Assembly (NCBI GenBank): GCA_047601445.1
Contig: JASGJH010000001.1
Coordinates: 608,001-672,000, forward strand
Source: Myxococcales bacterium
GTDB lineage: Bacteria; Myxococcota_A; Polyangia; Polyangiales; DASUME01
DNA: 64,000 bases
Direction of reading: 5' to 3'
Shown in pieces: positions 20,866-30,929 of the stretch. The translations under genes were made by a program, and so were the position numbers. The notes under the pieces are model-generated. The model saw only the letters and a program-made list of their open reading frames with translations, was not told the DNA's origin and searched no databases. How positions within the stretch are numbered: position 1 is the stretch's first letter; each line of letters starts with the position of its first letter.

Positions 20866-22023
20866 CTACAGGCGCTCTCCGATGAAGCGCTCGAGCTTCT
20901 CGGCGCGGGCGTCCCAGGTGAGCTCCTTGCCGGTCTCCTTGGCGGCGACCGCCAGGCGCTCGCGCCCCTCGTCGTCGCTCAGCAGGGCCGCCAGGCGTGC
21001 ACCCGCTGCGTCCACGTCGCCGGGTTCCACCAGTACGGCGTTCTCGCCGTCGTGCAGGAGTTCCTGGACGTCGGGCGTGCGCGGGGCGAACACCGCGCGA
21101 CCCGCCGCCAGGTAGCCGTAGAGCTTCATCGGTAACACCGTGTGGCCGGCCCACTTGAGGCCGACGCTGCTCGGGGGCAGGAGCAGCACGTCCGCACTCA
21201 CCATGTAGAGGGCGGCGCGTTCGTAGGGCTGCCAGGGCAACACCTGCACGTTCGCATGGCGCTTCGCGGCACGCTCCACCGAGCCATCTCCCTCGGAGCC
21301 TACCAACAGAAACAACGCATCCGGGCAGCGTTCTGCCAGGTCGAGCACGCTGCCCAGGCCTTTCATCGCGCTGATATGTCCGGTGTAGACCACGAGCTTC
21401 TTGCCCTGGGGTAGCGCGAGCTCGCGACGGGCGGCCTGCTTGGTCTGGTCGCTCTGGAAGCGCGCCGGGTCGAAGCCGTTGCGCATGGTGGCCAGACGCG
21501 CCGGGTTCACCCCGAGGCGCTCGTAGCTCTGGCGGGCATAGTCCGAGTGGAACACGGCGCCCACGAAGTTCGGGCGCGACATGGCGTACTTGAACAGCGG
21601 CGCCATCGGGGGCACGTGATCCGGCCAGGCACGGTGGGTGTCGTAGACAGTCTTTTCGCCGCGAGCGATCAGCGCCAGGAACGTGGCCGAGTTTCGCGTG
21701 TACACCACGTCGTGCGGGGGCAGCGCGCCACCGCCTGCCACGTAGCCCGCGAACCACGCCTTGCGCACCAGGAGCTGCTTCGCCAGCGGCACGTCCACGT
21801 GCTCGACCTCGAGTGACCCCTGCACTTTGTAGTGCTTCATCAACTCCGCGGCGTCGATGCCCGTCCCCCCCATGGGCTTCGGCAGGAGGGCCACCACCCG
21901 ATGGCCACGTCGCGACAGGGCGGCCATGGTGCTGGTGGCCTGCTCGGCGTCCGTGGCGGTGGTGGGGAGCAATCGGTCCCAGGCGTAGAGGATGCGCAAC
22001 GCAGTGCTCACCCGGCGAACCAT
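20866..22023 (-). CDS. Glycosyltransferase family 4
   Basis: NGFDP, VYTGHISAMKG, PMKLYGYLAAGRAV, ELTWDARA. Confidence 0.88.
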   Translation of the reverse strand: MVRRVSTALRILYAWDRLLPTTATDAEQATSTMAALSRRGHRVVALLPKPMGGTGIDAAELMKHYKVQGSLEVEHVDVPLAKQLLVRKAWFAGYVAGGGALPPHDVVYTRNSATFLALIARGEKTVYDTHRAWPDHVPPMAPLFKYAMSRPNFVGAVFHSDYARQSYERLGVNPARLATMRNGFDPARFQSDQTKQAARRELALPQGKKLVVYTGHISAMKGLGSVLDLAERCPDALFLLVGSEGDGSVERAAKRHANVQVLPWQPYERAALYMVSADVLLLPPSSVGLKWAGHTVLPMKLYGYLAAGRAVFAPRTPDVQELLHDGENAVLVEPGDVDAAGARLAALLSDDEGRERLAVAAKETGKELTWDARAEKLERFIGERL

Positions 22024-22095
22024 GCTTGCTGGTAGGCCCCACGCAAGTGGGTTCTTGGCTATCGGCAGGGGACGGGAGTATCACTGGGCCGGTCG

Positions 22096-23202
22096 ATGCC
22101 GAAGGTCGCCGTTTTCAGCACCAACTTCCTCGATTACTCGCAGACCTTCGTCTACGAAGAGATCACGCACCACCGCCGCTACCAGGTGGAGGTCTTCTGC
22201 CGCGCGCGCAAGCTCTCGGACCGGTTCCCGTTTTCACCCGTCCATGTGGGGGGCCCGCTGTATGGGCTCACGCGTCAGAGCCCGGGCTTTCACCGCGTCT
22301 TTCGCCGCAGCGGTTTCGATCTGGTCCACGGCCACTTCGGCACGGGCTCGCTGTATGCGGTACCCTATGCGGCCCGCTACCGGCTGCCCCTCGTGGTCAC
22401 CTTCCATGGCTACGACGTGCCGCTCTTGCGCAGTGCCGCGCGCCTGTATCCGGTGCATTGGCCCTACGCCGTCTTCGCACGGGGCATGCTCGAGCGCTTG
22501 ACCATGGGCCTATGTGCCTCGCGCGAGCTCTACGAGCTCCTGGCCGAGGTCGGGGTGCCGCGCGAGCGGCTGCGCATCCATCATCTGGGCATCAACTTGG
22601 GGGCGTTTCGTCGGGGACCCCGGCGCGCTCTGCCGCGGGTGGTGATGGTGGGGCGCTTCGTGGAAAAGAAGGGCTTCGAGTACGGCATCCGTGCCTTCGC
22701 CAAGGCCCTGGCGCGCGGCGTGCGCGCGGAGCTCGTGATCGCAGGTGGTGGCGAGCGCCAGGCGCAGCTCGAAGCCTTGATCCGCGAGCAGGGGCTCTCC
22801 GACTACGCGCGCTTCGCCGGCGTCCTGCCCTCGAAGGAAATCGCGAGTCTGCTCTCCGAGAGCGACGTGCTGCTGGCGCCCAGCGTGGTGGACCGCGACG
22901 GTGATCGGGAGTCGGGCGTGATCGCGCTCAAGGAAGCCAGCGCCTGCGAGCTCGCGGTGATCGGCACCTATCACGGCGGCATTCCAGAGATCATCGACGA
23001 CGGTGAGACCGGGTTCCTGGTGCCCGAGCGCGACGTGGAGCGGCTCGCCGACCGGCTGTATCGGGTGCTGGCCGACCGCGCGCTGTGTGAGCGTATGGGC
23101 GTGGCGGGCCGTGCCAAGATGGAGCGAGAGTACGACTTGAAGGACGTGGTCGACGAACTCGAGGAGCGCTACGACGAAGCCCTCAAGTTGGGGCCCCGCT
23201 AG
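22096..23202 (+). CDS. Glycosyltransferase family 4
   Basis: HGHFG, VTFHGYD, VGRFVEKKG, DGDRESGVIALKEA, HGGIPE. Confidence 0.9.
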   Translation: MPKVAVFSTNFLDYSQTFVYEEITHHRRYQVEVFCRARKLSDRFPFSPVHVGGPLYGLTRQSPGFHRVFRRSGFDLVHGHFGTGSLYAVPYAARYRLPLVVTFHGYDVPLLRSAARLYPVHWPYAVFARGMLERLTMGLCASRELYELLAEVGVPRERLRIHHLGINLGAFRRGPRRALPRVVMVGRFVEKKGFEYGIRAFAKALARGVRAELVIAGGGERQAQLEALIREQGLSDYARFAGVLPSKEIASLLSESDVLLAPSVVDRDGDRESGVIALKEASACELAVIGTYHGGIPEIIDDGETGFLVPERDVERLADRLYRVLADRALCERMGVAGRAKMEREYDLKDVVDELEERYDEALKLGPR

Positions 23203-23213
23203 GGGCGGCGCTT

Positions 23214-24176
23214 CTACAGCTCGAGGGCGGCCCGCTTGGCGCCCAACGTGGCCAAGCGCGGGTCGTCCACCAGCACGAGCGGGATGCTCTCGAGCAAATG
23301 ACTCAGGACCCGGCGGTCCAGGAACGAGTCGAGCAGCTCGCCCTGCTCGAACACGCCCCGCAGGCAGCGCGCCATGCTGCCGATCAAGAACAGACCACCG
23401 CGCGGTAGGCAGGACAGCGCAACGTTGCTCAGCTGGGCACCGAGGATGTCGGCGAACGAGGCCACGGCGGCGGCGCAGGCTCGATCGAGATCGCGGCTGC
23501 CGAGCCGCGCGAGCTCCGCGTTCGGGTCGGGGGCGCGCTCGATCTCGGCCAGCGCGGTGGCCGGGGCCAGGCCCTCGAAGACCAGGAAGTCGTGCAGGCG
23601 CCGCAGGCCTGGGGCCGACAGCACGTGGCTCAAGGAGACCTCCTCCACGCTCTCGGCCAGGTAGCTCAGGAGGCGGCGCTCGATGGCGTTGCGCGGCGCG
23701 AAGCCGGCGAGTCCTGCCTCGGAGGCGAAGCTCAGGTTGGGGGGCACCAAGAGGGCGCGCCCGTAGCTCACATCCACGCTCACCACGGCCACGGCAGCGC
23801 TGGGGTCGATGGGCGCTCGCTGCAGCCACGCCCACTGCGTGCGATCGCTGTGTTCGATGCCGAGGGCGGCCGCCTGGACGTCATTCAAAAGGACGCAGTG
23901 ATCCGTGCCCAGGATGGGTCGCAGCTCGGCCTCGCTGATCTCCCAGGGCAGATCGGGGCTTTGGCAGCTCCCTGCGTGGACCGAGCCGGTGACGGCGAAG
24001 GCGGCCGCGTCGACGCGCGCGCCGTGCATGAAGTCGCCCACCATGGAGACCAGACCGCTGAAGGTCGCGTTTTCGTAGCTCTGGCTCTTGTCCAAGACGA
24101 GCTCGTCGCGCTCGCCCTTGAACAGGCTCAGCACGCTTCGGTGAGCATCGATGTCGCCGACGAGGATCTGCATCAT
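23214..24176 (-). CDS. Glucokinase-family protein with degenerate ATP/sugar motifs
   Basis: Overall Glk layout (ILVGDI, LPWEIS, LLNDVQAAALG, ASEAG, LSAPGL, GGLFLIG, LESIPL), but the key Gly-rich motifs are altered. Confidence 0.8.
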   Translation of the reverse strand: MMQILVGDIDAHRSVLSLFKGERDELVLDKSQSYENATFSGLVSMVGDFMHGARVDAAAFAVTGSVHAGSCQSPDLPWEISEAELRPILGTDHCVLLNDVQAAALGIEHSDRTQWAWLQRAPIDPSAAVAVVSVDVSYGRALLVPPNLSFASEAGLAGFAPRNAIERRLLSYLAESVEEVSLSHVLSAPGLRRLHDFLVFEGLAPATALAEIERAPDPNAELARLGSRDLDRACAAAVASFADILGAQLSNVALSCLPRGGLFLIGSMARCLRGVFEQGELLDSFLDRRVLSHLLESIPLVLVDDPRLATLGAKRAALEL

Positions 24177-25687
24177 CTCAGGAACAGGGAATAGGCCGGG
24201 TTCTGGCTCTCTTCAATCCAGGGATAACCCAGATCCGCGAGAAACCGCTGAAATTCTGCTTCGTCGTTGGCCGGAATTTGCATCCCGCACAGCACACGTC
24301 CGAACGCGGCGCCGTGGTTTCGATAGTGGAACAAACTGATGTTCCAGCGGCCGCCCATCTTGGTGAGGAACTGGACCAGCGACCCGGGGCGCTCGGGAAA
24401 TTCGAAGCGAAACAGGCGTTCTTGGGAGGCACTGGCCCGTCCGCCCACCATGAAGCGGACGTGGAGCTTGGCCATCTCGTTCTGCGTCATGTCGATGACC
24501 GGCAGCTCGGCTGCCGCGAGTCGCTCCAGGATCTCCTGGCGCTGCTTGGCGCCATGCGAGAGCCCCACGCCCACGAAGATGTGCGCCTCGTCCTCGCGGC
24601 CGAAACGATAGTTGAACTCGGTGATGGGAAGCTTGCCCAGGGTCTGACAGAAGTTGCGGAAGGCCCCCGCGCGCTCTGGGATGGTCACGGCGAACAGGGC
24701 CTCGCGCTGCTCGCCGAGTTCGGCGCGCTCCGCCACGTGGCGCAGGCGGTCGAAGTTCATGTTGGCGCCGCTGTCGATGGCGATCAGGGTCTTGTCCTTG
24801 AGACCTTCGCGCTCGACATAGGCCTTGAGCCCCGCGATGGAGAGCGCCCCCGCAGGCTCCGCGATGGAGCGCGTGTCGTCGAAGATGTCCTTGATCGCGG
24901 CACAGATGGCGTCCGTGTCCACGGTGATGACGTCGTCCACGCACTCCTGGGCCACGCGGAAAGGCTCCTCGCCCACCAGCCGCACTGCCACGCCGTCGGC
25001 GAATAGGCCCACGTGCGAAAGCGGCACGCGTGTGCCCGCGTCCAGCGCTGCCCGCAAGCACGCCGCGTCCGCGGGCTCCACGCCGATCACTTTGATCTGC
25101 GGGTACAGCGTCTTCACGTAAGCAGCCACGCCGGCCAAAAGCCCACCACCGCCGACCGGCACGAAGATGGCGTGAATGGGCGCAGTGTACTGGCGCAGGA
25201 TCTCCATCGCGATGGTGCCCTGCCCGGCGATCACGTCGGGATCGTCGTAGGGGTGCACGAAGGTGTAGCCGTGCTCCTGCTCGAGCTTCCGTGCGTGGGC
25301 CAGGGCGTCGTCGTAGGCGTCGCCCACCAGCAGCGCTTCGGCGCCGTAGGAGCGCACCGCGTTCACCTTGATGAGCGGCGTGGTGGTGGGCATCACGATG
25401 CGGGCCGTGATGCCGAAGCGCAGGGCGGCCAGGGCGACGCCCTGCGCGTGGTTGCCGGCCGAGGCCGTGATCACACCGCGGGCGCGCTCCTCGTCGGACA
25501 GCTGGGCCATCTTGTTGTAGGCGCCGCGCAGCTTGAACGAGAACACCGGCTGCAGGTCCTCACGCTTGATCAGGACCTTGTTTTGAATGCGGGCCGAGAG
25601 GCGGGTAATGGGCTCGAGCGGGCTTTCGATGGCGACGTCGTAGACGCGGGCTTTGAGGATGCGCTCGAGATATCCGGCACTCGACAT
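24173..25687 (-). CDS. ilvA: Biosynthetic threonine ammonia-lyase (long form)
   Basis: KREDLQPVFSFKLRGAYNKM, SAGNHAQG, two ACT-like domains (FEFPERPG, FHYRNHGA). Confidence 0.97.
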   Translation of the reverse strand: MSSAGYLERILKARVYDVAIESPLEPITRLSARIQNKVLIKREDLQPVFSFKLRGAYNKMAQLSDEERARGVITASAGNHAQGVALAALRFGITARIVMPTTTPLIKVNAVRSYGAEALLVGDAYDDALAHARKLEQEHGYTFVHPYDDPDVIAGQGTIAMEILRQYTAPIHAIFVPVGGGGLLAGVAAYVKTLYPQIKVIGVEPADAACLRAALDAGTRVPLSHVGLFADGVAVRLVGEEPFRVAQECVDDVITVDTDAICAAIKDIFDDTRSIAEPAGALSIAGLKAYVEREGLKDKTLIAIDSGANMNFDRLRHVAERAELGEQREALFAVTIPERAGAFRNFCQTLGKLPITEFNYRFGREDEAHIFVGVGLSHGAKQRQEILERLAAAELPVIDMTQNEMAKLHVRFMVGGRASASQERLFRFEFPERPGSLVQFLTKMGGRWNISLFHYRNHGAAFGRVLCGMQIPANDEAEFQRFLADLGYPWIEESQNPAYSLFLR

Positions 25688-25739
25688 ACACGACCTTGTG
25701 CGGACCCGTGGCCCGCGGCGAGAAAGGACGACTCTAGGT

Positions 25740-26354
25740 TCAGGCGAGCAGGGGAGGCAACTTGATCTGCAGGCGCAGGGCGCCGTCGACCACGCCGATG
25801 CCCGCCAGATCCAACATGTCGAAAAGCTGAGACAGCCCCTTCTTGTGCGCGGCACGCACGGCGGGCACGCTGCGCAGGTCCACGCGCACTTCCGAGCCGT
25901 CGCGCTCCGCAATGGCGTCGAAGCTCGGGTTCAGGATGCGCCCGAAGAATGGAGCCCACAGCGCGTGGGCGATCAACGCCGCGATGGCGCCCACCAGGTC
26001 GCGTGTGCGGGCGCGTCCAGCCATTTGCTCGGGCTCCACCCGGAACAGCACTTCCTTGGCCCCGCGTGGAGCGAAGCGCGCCCCGACGGGTGCGACGCTG
26101 ATCTGCACGCTCTCGCCGTCCTCGAAGGTGGCCTCGATCCAGATGCGTTCGTCGCGACAGACGGCGCTCGCCTCGCGCACCGACTCCACGCGCGTCAGGG
26201 CCTTGGTGATCTGGCGGTCGGACACCGAGGAGGCCTGCAAGACCGCTTCGCGAATCAGCTTCTGCAGGTTGGCCAGGGGCAATCCCAGGCGCTTGCCCGC
26301 GCCCTCGGCAAAACCACGCACCAAGCTACGCAAGAAATCCGAGCGGTCACCCAT
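25740..26354 (-). CDS. Hypothetical protein
   Basis: 204-aa ORF with normal codon bias, starting 3 nt after the radical SAM stop on the same strand. Confidence 0.7.
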   Translation of the reverse strand: MGDRSDFLRSLVRGFAEGAGKRLGLPLANLQKLIREAVLQASSVSDRQITKALTRVESVREASAVCRDERIWIEATFEDGESVQISVAPVGARFAPRGAKEVLFRVEPEQMAGRARTRDLVGAIAALIAHALWAPFFGRILNPSFDAIAERDGSEVRVDLRSVPAVRAAHKKGLSQLFDMLDLAGIGVVDGALRLQIKLPPLLA

Positions 26355-26357
26355 GAT

Positions 26358-29300
26358 TCATTCTCCAGTGCTGGCGCCCGTGCTTGCGTCCATGGCGAGC
26401 GGTCGTGCGTCCTGCGCCTCGTCCGCATCGAGAGCGCCAGTGTCGTCGTGGGAGTGCGAGGGCTGGGTGGCGCGCAACGCGTCGAGCTGCATCGGTGCGA
26501 GCTCGGCCTTGCCCAGGAACATGCGCACTAGTCGCGCGGGGATCTCCGCGTCACCCAGCAGGACCTCGAGCACCTCGCTGGGGCGCGCGCCGCCCTGGCC
26601 GGTCATGTGGACCGTGAAGGTGAAGGGCAACAGGTCGCCCCCGATACCCGCCTGCGAGAGCGCCTCCGCACCGGCTCCGACCTGCACCTCACGGAGGTAC
26701 TGGCTCACCGAGACGGTCCGCTTGATGCCCTTGGCATCGCGCACCACGGACATCGGCCCCTGTCGCCGCTGCTCGATGTGAGCACGCAAGCCCTCTGCGT
26801 CCGTGACGCCGAGCGCCTCCAGGGCCGCGCGCGGCAAGCCGACCGCGTAGCGCGCGTTGTCGATTACCTTCCCGATGCCTGCGTCGTTGGGGCCCAGGAT
26901 GGCGGCGTCGGTGAACAGGATGCTCTCGAGGCTGGCACCCAACAGGCGCTCGCGGATGGCGCGCTCGTCGAGGCCGGGCGTTTCGATGAGCTTCACGTCC
27001 ACATACTCGGTGTGGCTCGCCACGCCGAGCGGCAGCGCAGGACCAAAGGTCATCTCGGGCTTGGGATGGAAGCCCTGCGAGTAGTACATGGGCAGGTCGA
27101 GCCGACGGAAAATCCGCGGCAACAGCCGCACCAGGTCCAGGTGACCTCGGAAGACCGCGCGCCCCAGCTTCGTGTAGGCGATGCGCACGCGTACGGGCTT
27201 ACCCTGATCGAAGTTCGCCGTGGGCTGACGCTTGGGGGCTCGCTTGAGCCGCTCGGCGGCCTCACCGTTGGCCTTGACGACCTGCACGTTGGGCGCCGCC
27301 TCCGTGCTGACCTGCGCGTCCGACATGGCTTCGTCGGCCGCCACTTCGAGCGTGGGACTCTCCTGCTCCGCGTGCGTCGGCTCCGACTCGGTCGGCCCAT
27401 CCATGCTGAGCGCGAGCTCGGCGTCCAAAGGGAGGGGCACGGCCGTGGGCTTGGTCTTCTTGGTCAGCGCGCCGAGCTTCACCAGGAAGTCCCTGCGCTC
27501 GGTCCGCATCTGGCCGAGGTCACAGGCGACGCCGCAGTTGTAACAAACGAACTTCTTGGCATCGGCGTCGTGCTCTTCGAGGTTCGTGTGGTGCACGAAG
27601 TTGCCGACGGCCTTGCCGCAGGGCGGGCTCAAGCGGTTCTTGAGCGCCTTCCGGTACTCCTTGGCCAGGAACCCTTGCTCGAGCCCCACGTCGATGTGAT
27701 CCCAGGGCAGCTTGGCGCTGGTGGGGATGGTGCCGAGGAAGCGGCCCGTGTCGATGCCGTAGTGCTCGAACGCCTCCACCCAGAGCGGCAGCTTGAGCTG
27801 ATCCTCCCAGCAATCGAAGCGGGCCCCGTTGTGGTACGCGCGCTCGATGGCGTCGCACAGCGTGCGATCACCACGCGCCAGCACACCCTCGAGCCACGAG
27901 CCCTCCGAGTCGTGCATGCGCAGCTTCACCTTGGTCTGTCGCGCCACGTCGCGCAGCACGCGCTGCTTGCCGAGCACCGTCTCGCGCGTGTCCATGGCGC
28001 ACCACTGAAACGGCGTGTGCGGCTTGGGCACGAAGGTGCTCACGCTCACGGTGACCTCGGGCGAGCGGCCCTTCTGAGCACGACGTCCGATGTTGCGGGC
28101 GCGGGCCCCCGTCTCGACGATGCCGCGCACGTCCTCGGCTTCCTCGGTGGGCAGGCCGATCATGAAATAGAGCTTCATCTTGGACCAACCGCGAGAGAAC
28201 ACGCGCTCGGCGGTCTCCATCAGCTGCTCCTCGGTGACGTTCTTGTTCACCACGTCGCGCATGCGCTGGCTGCCGGCCTCGGGCGCGAAGGTGAGGCCCG
28301 TCGCGCGTACCTTCTGGATCTCGTCGAGTAGCTCTTCGGTCAGACCGTAGGCGCGTAGCGAGGACACGGAGAGCGACACGCGCTCCTTCTCGAGCTTGCT
28401 CATCACCTCCCGCACGAGCGGCGAGATGGCGCTGTAGTCGGCGGTCGAGAGGCTGGTGAGCGAGGCCTCGTCGTAGCCACCCTCGCGCACCGCACTGAGG
28501 ATGGTCTGCACGATCTCCTTGGGATCGCGCTCGCGCACCGGGCGATAGATCATGCCTGCCTGACAGAACCGGCAGCCCTCCGTACAGCCGCGGGCGATCT
28601 CCACCGACACGCGGTCGAACACGGTCTCGGTGTTGGCCACCGGACCGTCCGAGGGGAACGGATACTTGCTGATGTTCGGCAAGAAGGAGCGCTTGACCGG
28701 CAGGGGCAGCTCGGGATCGGACTTGGAAGTCACGTAGAAGAGCTGGCTCTCCGCGTCCTGTTCCACCTCGTAGAGCGAGGGCACGTACACGCCGCCGAGC
28801 TTGGCCAGCTGTCGCAGGCGTTCTGCCCGCGGCACGCCAGCTCGCTTGAGCGCGCTCCAGGTGAGCATGACCTCGGGGGTCTTCTCTTCGCCATCGCCGA
28901 TCACGAAGGCGTCGATGAATGCGCTCAAGGGCTCGGGGTGCGTGGCGTTGGGGCCGCCAGCGATGATCAGAGGGTCGTCCTCGCCGCGGGCGCTCGAGCG
29001 CAGAGGGATGCCACCGGTGTCGAGCATCAGCAGGATGTTGGAGAAGGCGAGCTCGAACTGCAGCGAGAAGCCCACCACGTCGAAGTCGCGCAGGGCATGG
29101 AAGCTCTCGAGCGAACGCAGCGGTTCGTTGCGGGCCCGGAGTTCTGCCTCCATGTCTCCCCAGGGCGCGTAGCAGCGCTCGGCGAGCAACTTCGGGTGCG
29201 CGTTGACGATGGAGTAGAGGATTCTGAAGCCCAGGTGGCTCATGCCGACGTCGTAGACATCGGGGAAAGCCAGACACAGCCGGCTCTCGGCGGCTTGCCA

Positions 29301-29402
29301 GTCCTTCACCACCTCGCCGTGTTCGCCCCCCAGGTAGCGCGAGGGTTTGGACACGCGCTGGATGAAGGATGCGTAGGGATGCTCGCGAAGGGTCTCAGCC
29401 AT
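26358..29402 (-). CDS. TIGR03960-type B12-binding radical SAM fused to a TIGR03936 (DUF2344) domain
   Basis: KPSRYLGGE, FPDVYDVGMSHLG, RGCTEGCRFC, LTFAPEAGSQR; C-terminal GHLDLVR...YSQGFHPKPEMTFGPALPLG. Confidence 0.93.
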   Translation of the reverse strand: MAETLREHPYASFIQRVSKPSRYLGGEHGEVVKDWQAAESRLCLAFPDVYDVGMSHLGFRILYSIVNAHPKLLAERCYAPWGDMEAELRARNEPLRSLESFHALRDFDVVGFSLQFELAFSNILLMLDTGGIPLRSSARGEDDPLIIAGGPNATHPEPLSAFIDAFVIGDGEEKTPEVMLTWSALKRAGVPRAERLRQLAKLGGVYVPSLYEVEQDAESQLFYVTSKSDPELPLPVKRSFLPNISKYPFPSDGPVANTETVFDRVSVEIARGCTEGCRFCQAGMIYRPVRERDPKEIVQTILSAVREGGYDEASLTSLSTADYSAISPLVREVMSKLEKERVSLSVSSLRAYGLTEELLDEIQKVRATGLTFAPEAGSQRMRDVVNKNVTEEQLMETAERVFSRGWSKMKLYFMIGLPTEEAEDVRGIVETGARARNIGRRAQKGRSPEVTVSVSTFVPKPHTPFQWCAMDTRETVLGKQRVLRDVARQTKVKLRMHDSEGSWLEGVLARGDRTLCDAIERAYHNGARFDCWEDQLKLPLWVEAFEHYGIDTGRFLGTIPTSAKLPWDHIDVGLEQGFLAKEYRKALKNRLSPPCGKAVGNFVHHTNLEEHDADAKKFVCYNCGVACDLGQMRTERRDFLVKLGALTKKTKPTAVPLPLDAELALSMDGPTESEPTHAEQESPTLEVAADEAMSDAQVSTEAAPNVQVVKANGEAAERLKRAPKRQPTANFDQGKPVRVRIAYTKLGRAVFRGHLDLVRLLPRIFRRLDLPMYYSQGFHPKPEMTFGPALPLGVASHTEYVDVKLIETPGLDERAIRERLLGASLESILFTDAAILGPNDAGIGKVIDNARYAVGLPRAALEALGVTDAEGLRAHIEQRRQGPMSVVRDAKGIKRTVSVSQYLREVQVGAGAEALSQAGIGGDLLPFTFTVHMTGQGGARPSEVLEVLLGDAEIPARLVRMFLGKAELAPMQLDALRATQPSHSHDDTGALDADEAQDARPLAMDASTGASTGE

Positions 29403-29506
29403 GAACCAACCTTAAAAGACGGTCGGCAACGCTACCACGGGGGGCGAGCAAGGGCTCATTCAAAGGGGGAAGAGGTGGGTGACGGGAGGGGGAGGGGAGG
29501 AGGGGC

Positions 29507-29600
29507 GAGCACGAGGACGCGCACGAGCACGAGCACGAGGACGCGCACGCGCACGACTACGGAGACGCTGACGGCGACATGAAAGTGGACGTCGTCGGCG
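29507..29600. repeat. Degenerate hexamer (GNNNAC) repeat tract, left arm of an inverted repeat
   Basis: gagcac-gaggac-gcgcac-gagcac-gagcac-gaggac-gcgcac-gcgcac-gactac-ggagac-gctgac-ggcgac. Confidence 0.85.
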
Positions 29601-29671
29601 ACCGGCCGCAAACCGTCTCGCCCCTTGCCCCGAGTGAGACGGGCGCGTGTGCGGCCAGCCCCGCGGAATTG

Positions 29672-30577
29672 CTAGAAGTAGTACAGGGCGGCGATGCAGC
29701 CTGCGATCGAAGAGCCGAGCGTGCTGCCCTGGGAGGTTGCGAACACCACGCTGGTGCTGTCGAGATCGTAGGAGGACGGAGGTGTGTTCTGGTCGTCGCT
29801 CGGGATCGGCACGTTGGCGCTGGTTTTCTCGATGCGTAGGCGCAGGCCGCCGGTCAGCTGCAGCGCGAAGCCTTCGAGTCCGATGGCGCCCAGCTGCACC
29901 TCGACACCTGCGCGCAGTCCGGCCTCGAACAGCAGGCCCTTGCCGAACACGTCGTTGGCGGTCGCGGCGTCCCCGCGCGGGTCGGTCGCCTTGCTGAAGC
30001 CCATGCCCACGTACGGGATCGCGATCACGTTGTAGTGCTTGCCCCAGACCAGCGCGATGGGGAGGCCCAGGTTCAGCGCAAACGCACGGCTGCTCACATT
30101 CCCCTCGGGTCCTCCCCGGGAGTCCTTGATGCTGCCGCCTCGAAACATGAAGCCCAGGCCGGCCTCGACGCCGAAGCGCTCGCCGATCCAGTAACGCATG
30201 CCGAGGATCGGTGCGGTCAGCACGGAGTCCACGGTGCGGGTGTCGCCGCGGAAGGTGCCCACGGGGACCTCCGCCAGGCCCAAGAGGCCGATGCCGACCT
30301 TGCCCACCACGGCCTCGTGATCGGACTCGCTCGAGGCCTCCTCACGCTTGATGGCGCCGCCCGCGGTCTCCCACTCCGAGCCACTGGTCGAGGTGCCTTC
30401 GCTGGTCGATCCCGATGCCGAGCCGGAGACGCCCCAGGTGTTCGGAGCAGGCTTGGCTGGTTCTTCGGTGGCGCCGACGTCGCCAGCCTCGGGGTCTTCG
30501 TCCTGCGCCCATGCCGAGCCGGGGACGGCCAAGCTGAGGCAGAGCAGCAAGGTAGGGGCCAGGCGGAACGACGACAT
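29672..30577 (-). CDS. Outer-membrane beta-barrel protein
   Basis: Signal peptide ending SAWA, Gly/aromatic beta strands (ILGMRYWIGERFGVEAGLGF), C-terminal Phe (ALYYF); start taken at ATG 30577. Confidence 0.75.
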   Translation of the reverse strand: MSSFRLAPTLLLCLSLAVPGSAWAQDEDPEAGDVGATEEPAKPAPNTWGVSGSASGSTSEGTSTSGSEWETAGGAIKREEASSESDHEAVVGKVGIGLLGLAEVPVGTFRGDTRTVDSVLTAPILGMRYWIGERFGVEAGLGFMFRGGSIKDSRGGPEGNVSSRAFALNLGLPIALVWGKHYNVIAIPYVGMGFSKATDPRGDAATANDVFGKGLLFEAGLRAGVEVQLGAIGLEGFALQLTGGLRLRIEKTSANVPIPSDDQNTPPSSYDLDSTSVVFATSQGSTLGSSIAGCIAALYYF

Positions 30578-30713
30578 CGAACGGGACCTCCGGGTGAAGG
30601 CAGCACCTATCACAGGGGCAAGGCCGCTGGCTAGAAGCGAAGAGTGACGGATAGTTGCTGGTGGCGTGCCCGCGTGGGCTCGTGGGCGGCGGGTCAATGG
30701 CGGGGACGGCCAG

Positions 30714-30779
30714 GTCCACGTCGCCGTCGCGGTCAATGTCCACGTCTACGTAGTCGTGCGCGTGCGCGTCCTCGTCCTC
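30714..30779. repeat. Degenerate hexamer repeat tract, right arm of an inverted repeat
   Basis: 30743-30779 is the reverse complement of 29531-29567 at 35/37 positions. Confidence 0.85.
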
Positions 30780-30929
30780 TGGTGGCCGCGCCCGCGCCCG
30801 GCCGGTTCTCCTCCCTCACTCCCGCTTGTCCCATCCCGGGGGCCGGCGTATGTTTCAAAAAATTTTGAACGCTTCAAACGGTAGGCCGGTACCGCACATC
30901 CGGCCTCCTGCGCGGCGCGGAGCGATGGC

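Noticed and set aside
26358..29402. Radical SAM fusion as a novelty or as a maturase for the small peptide
   Set aside because: The TIGR03960-TIGR03936 fusion is a known widespread architecture and lies about 15 kb from the peptide.
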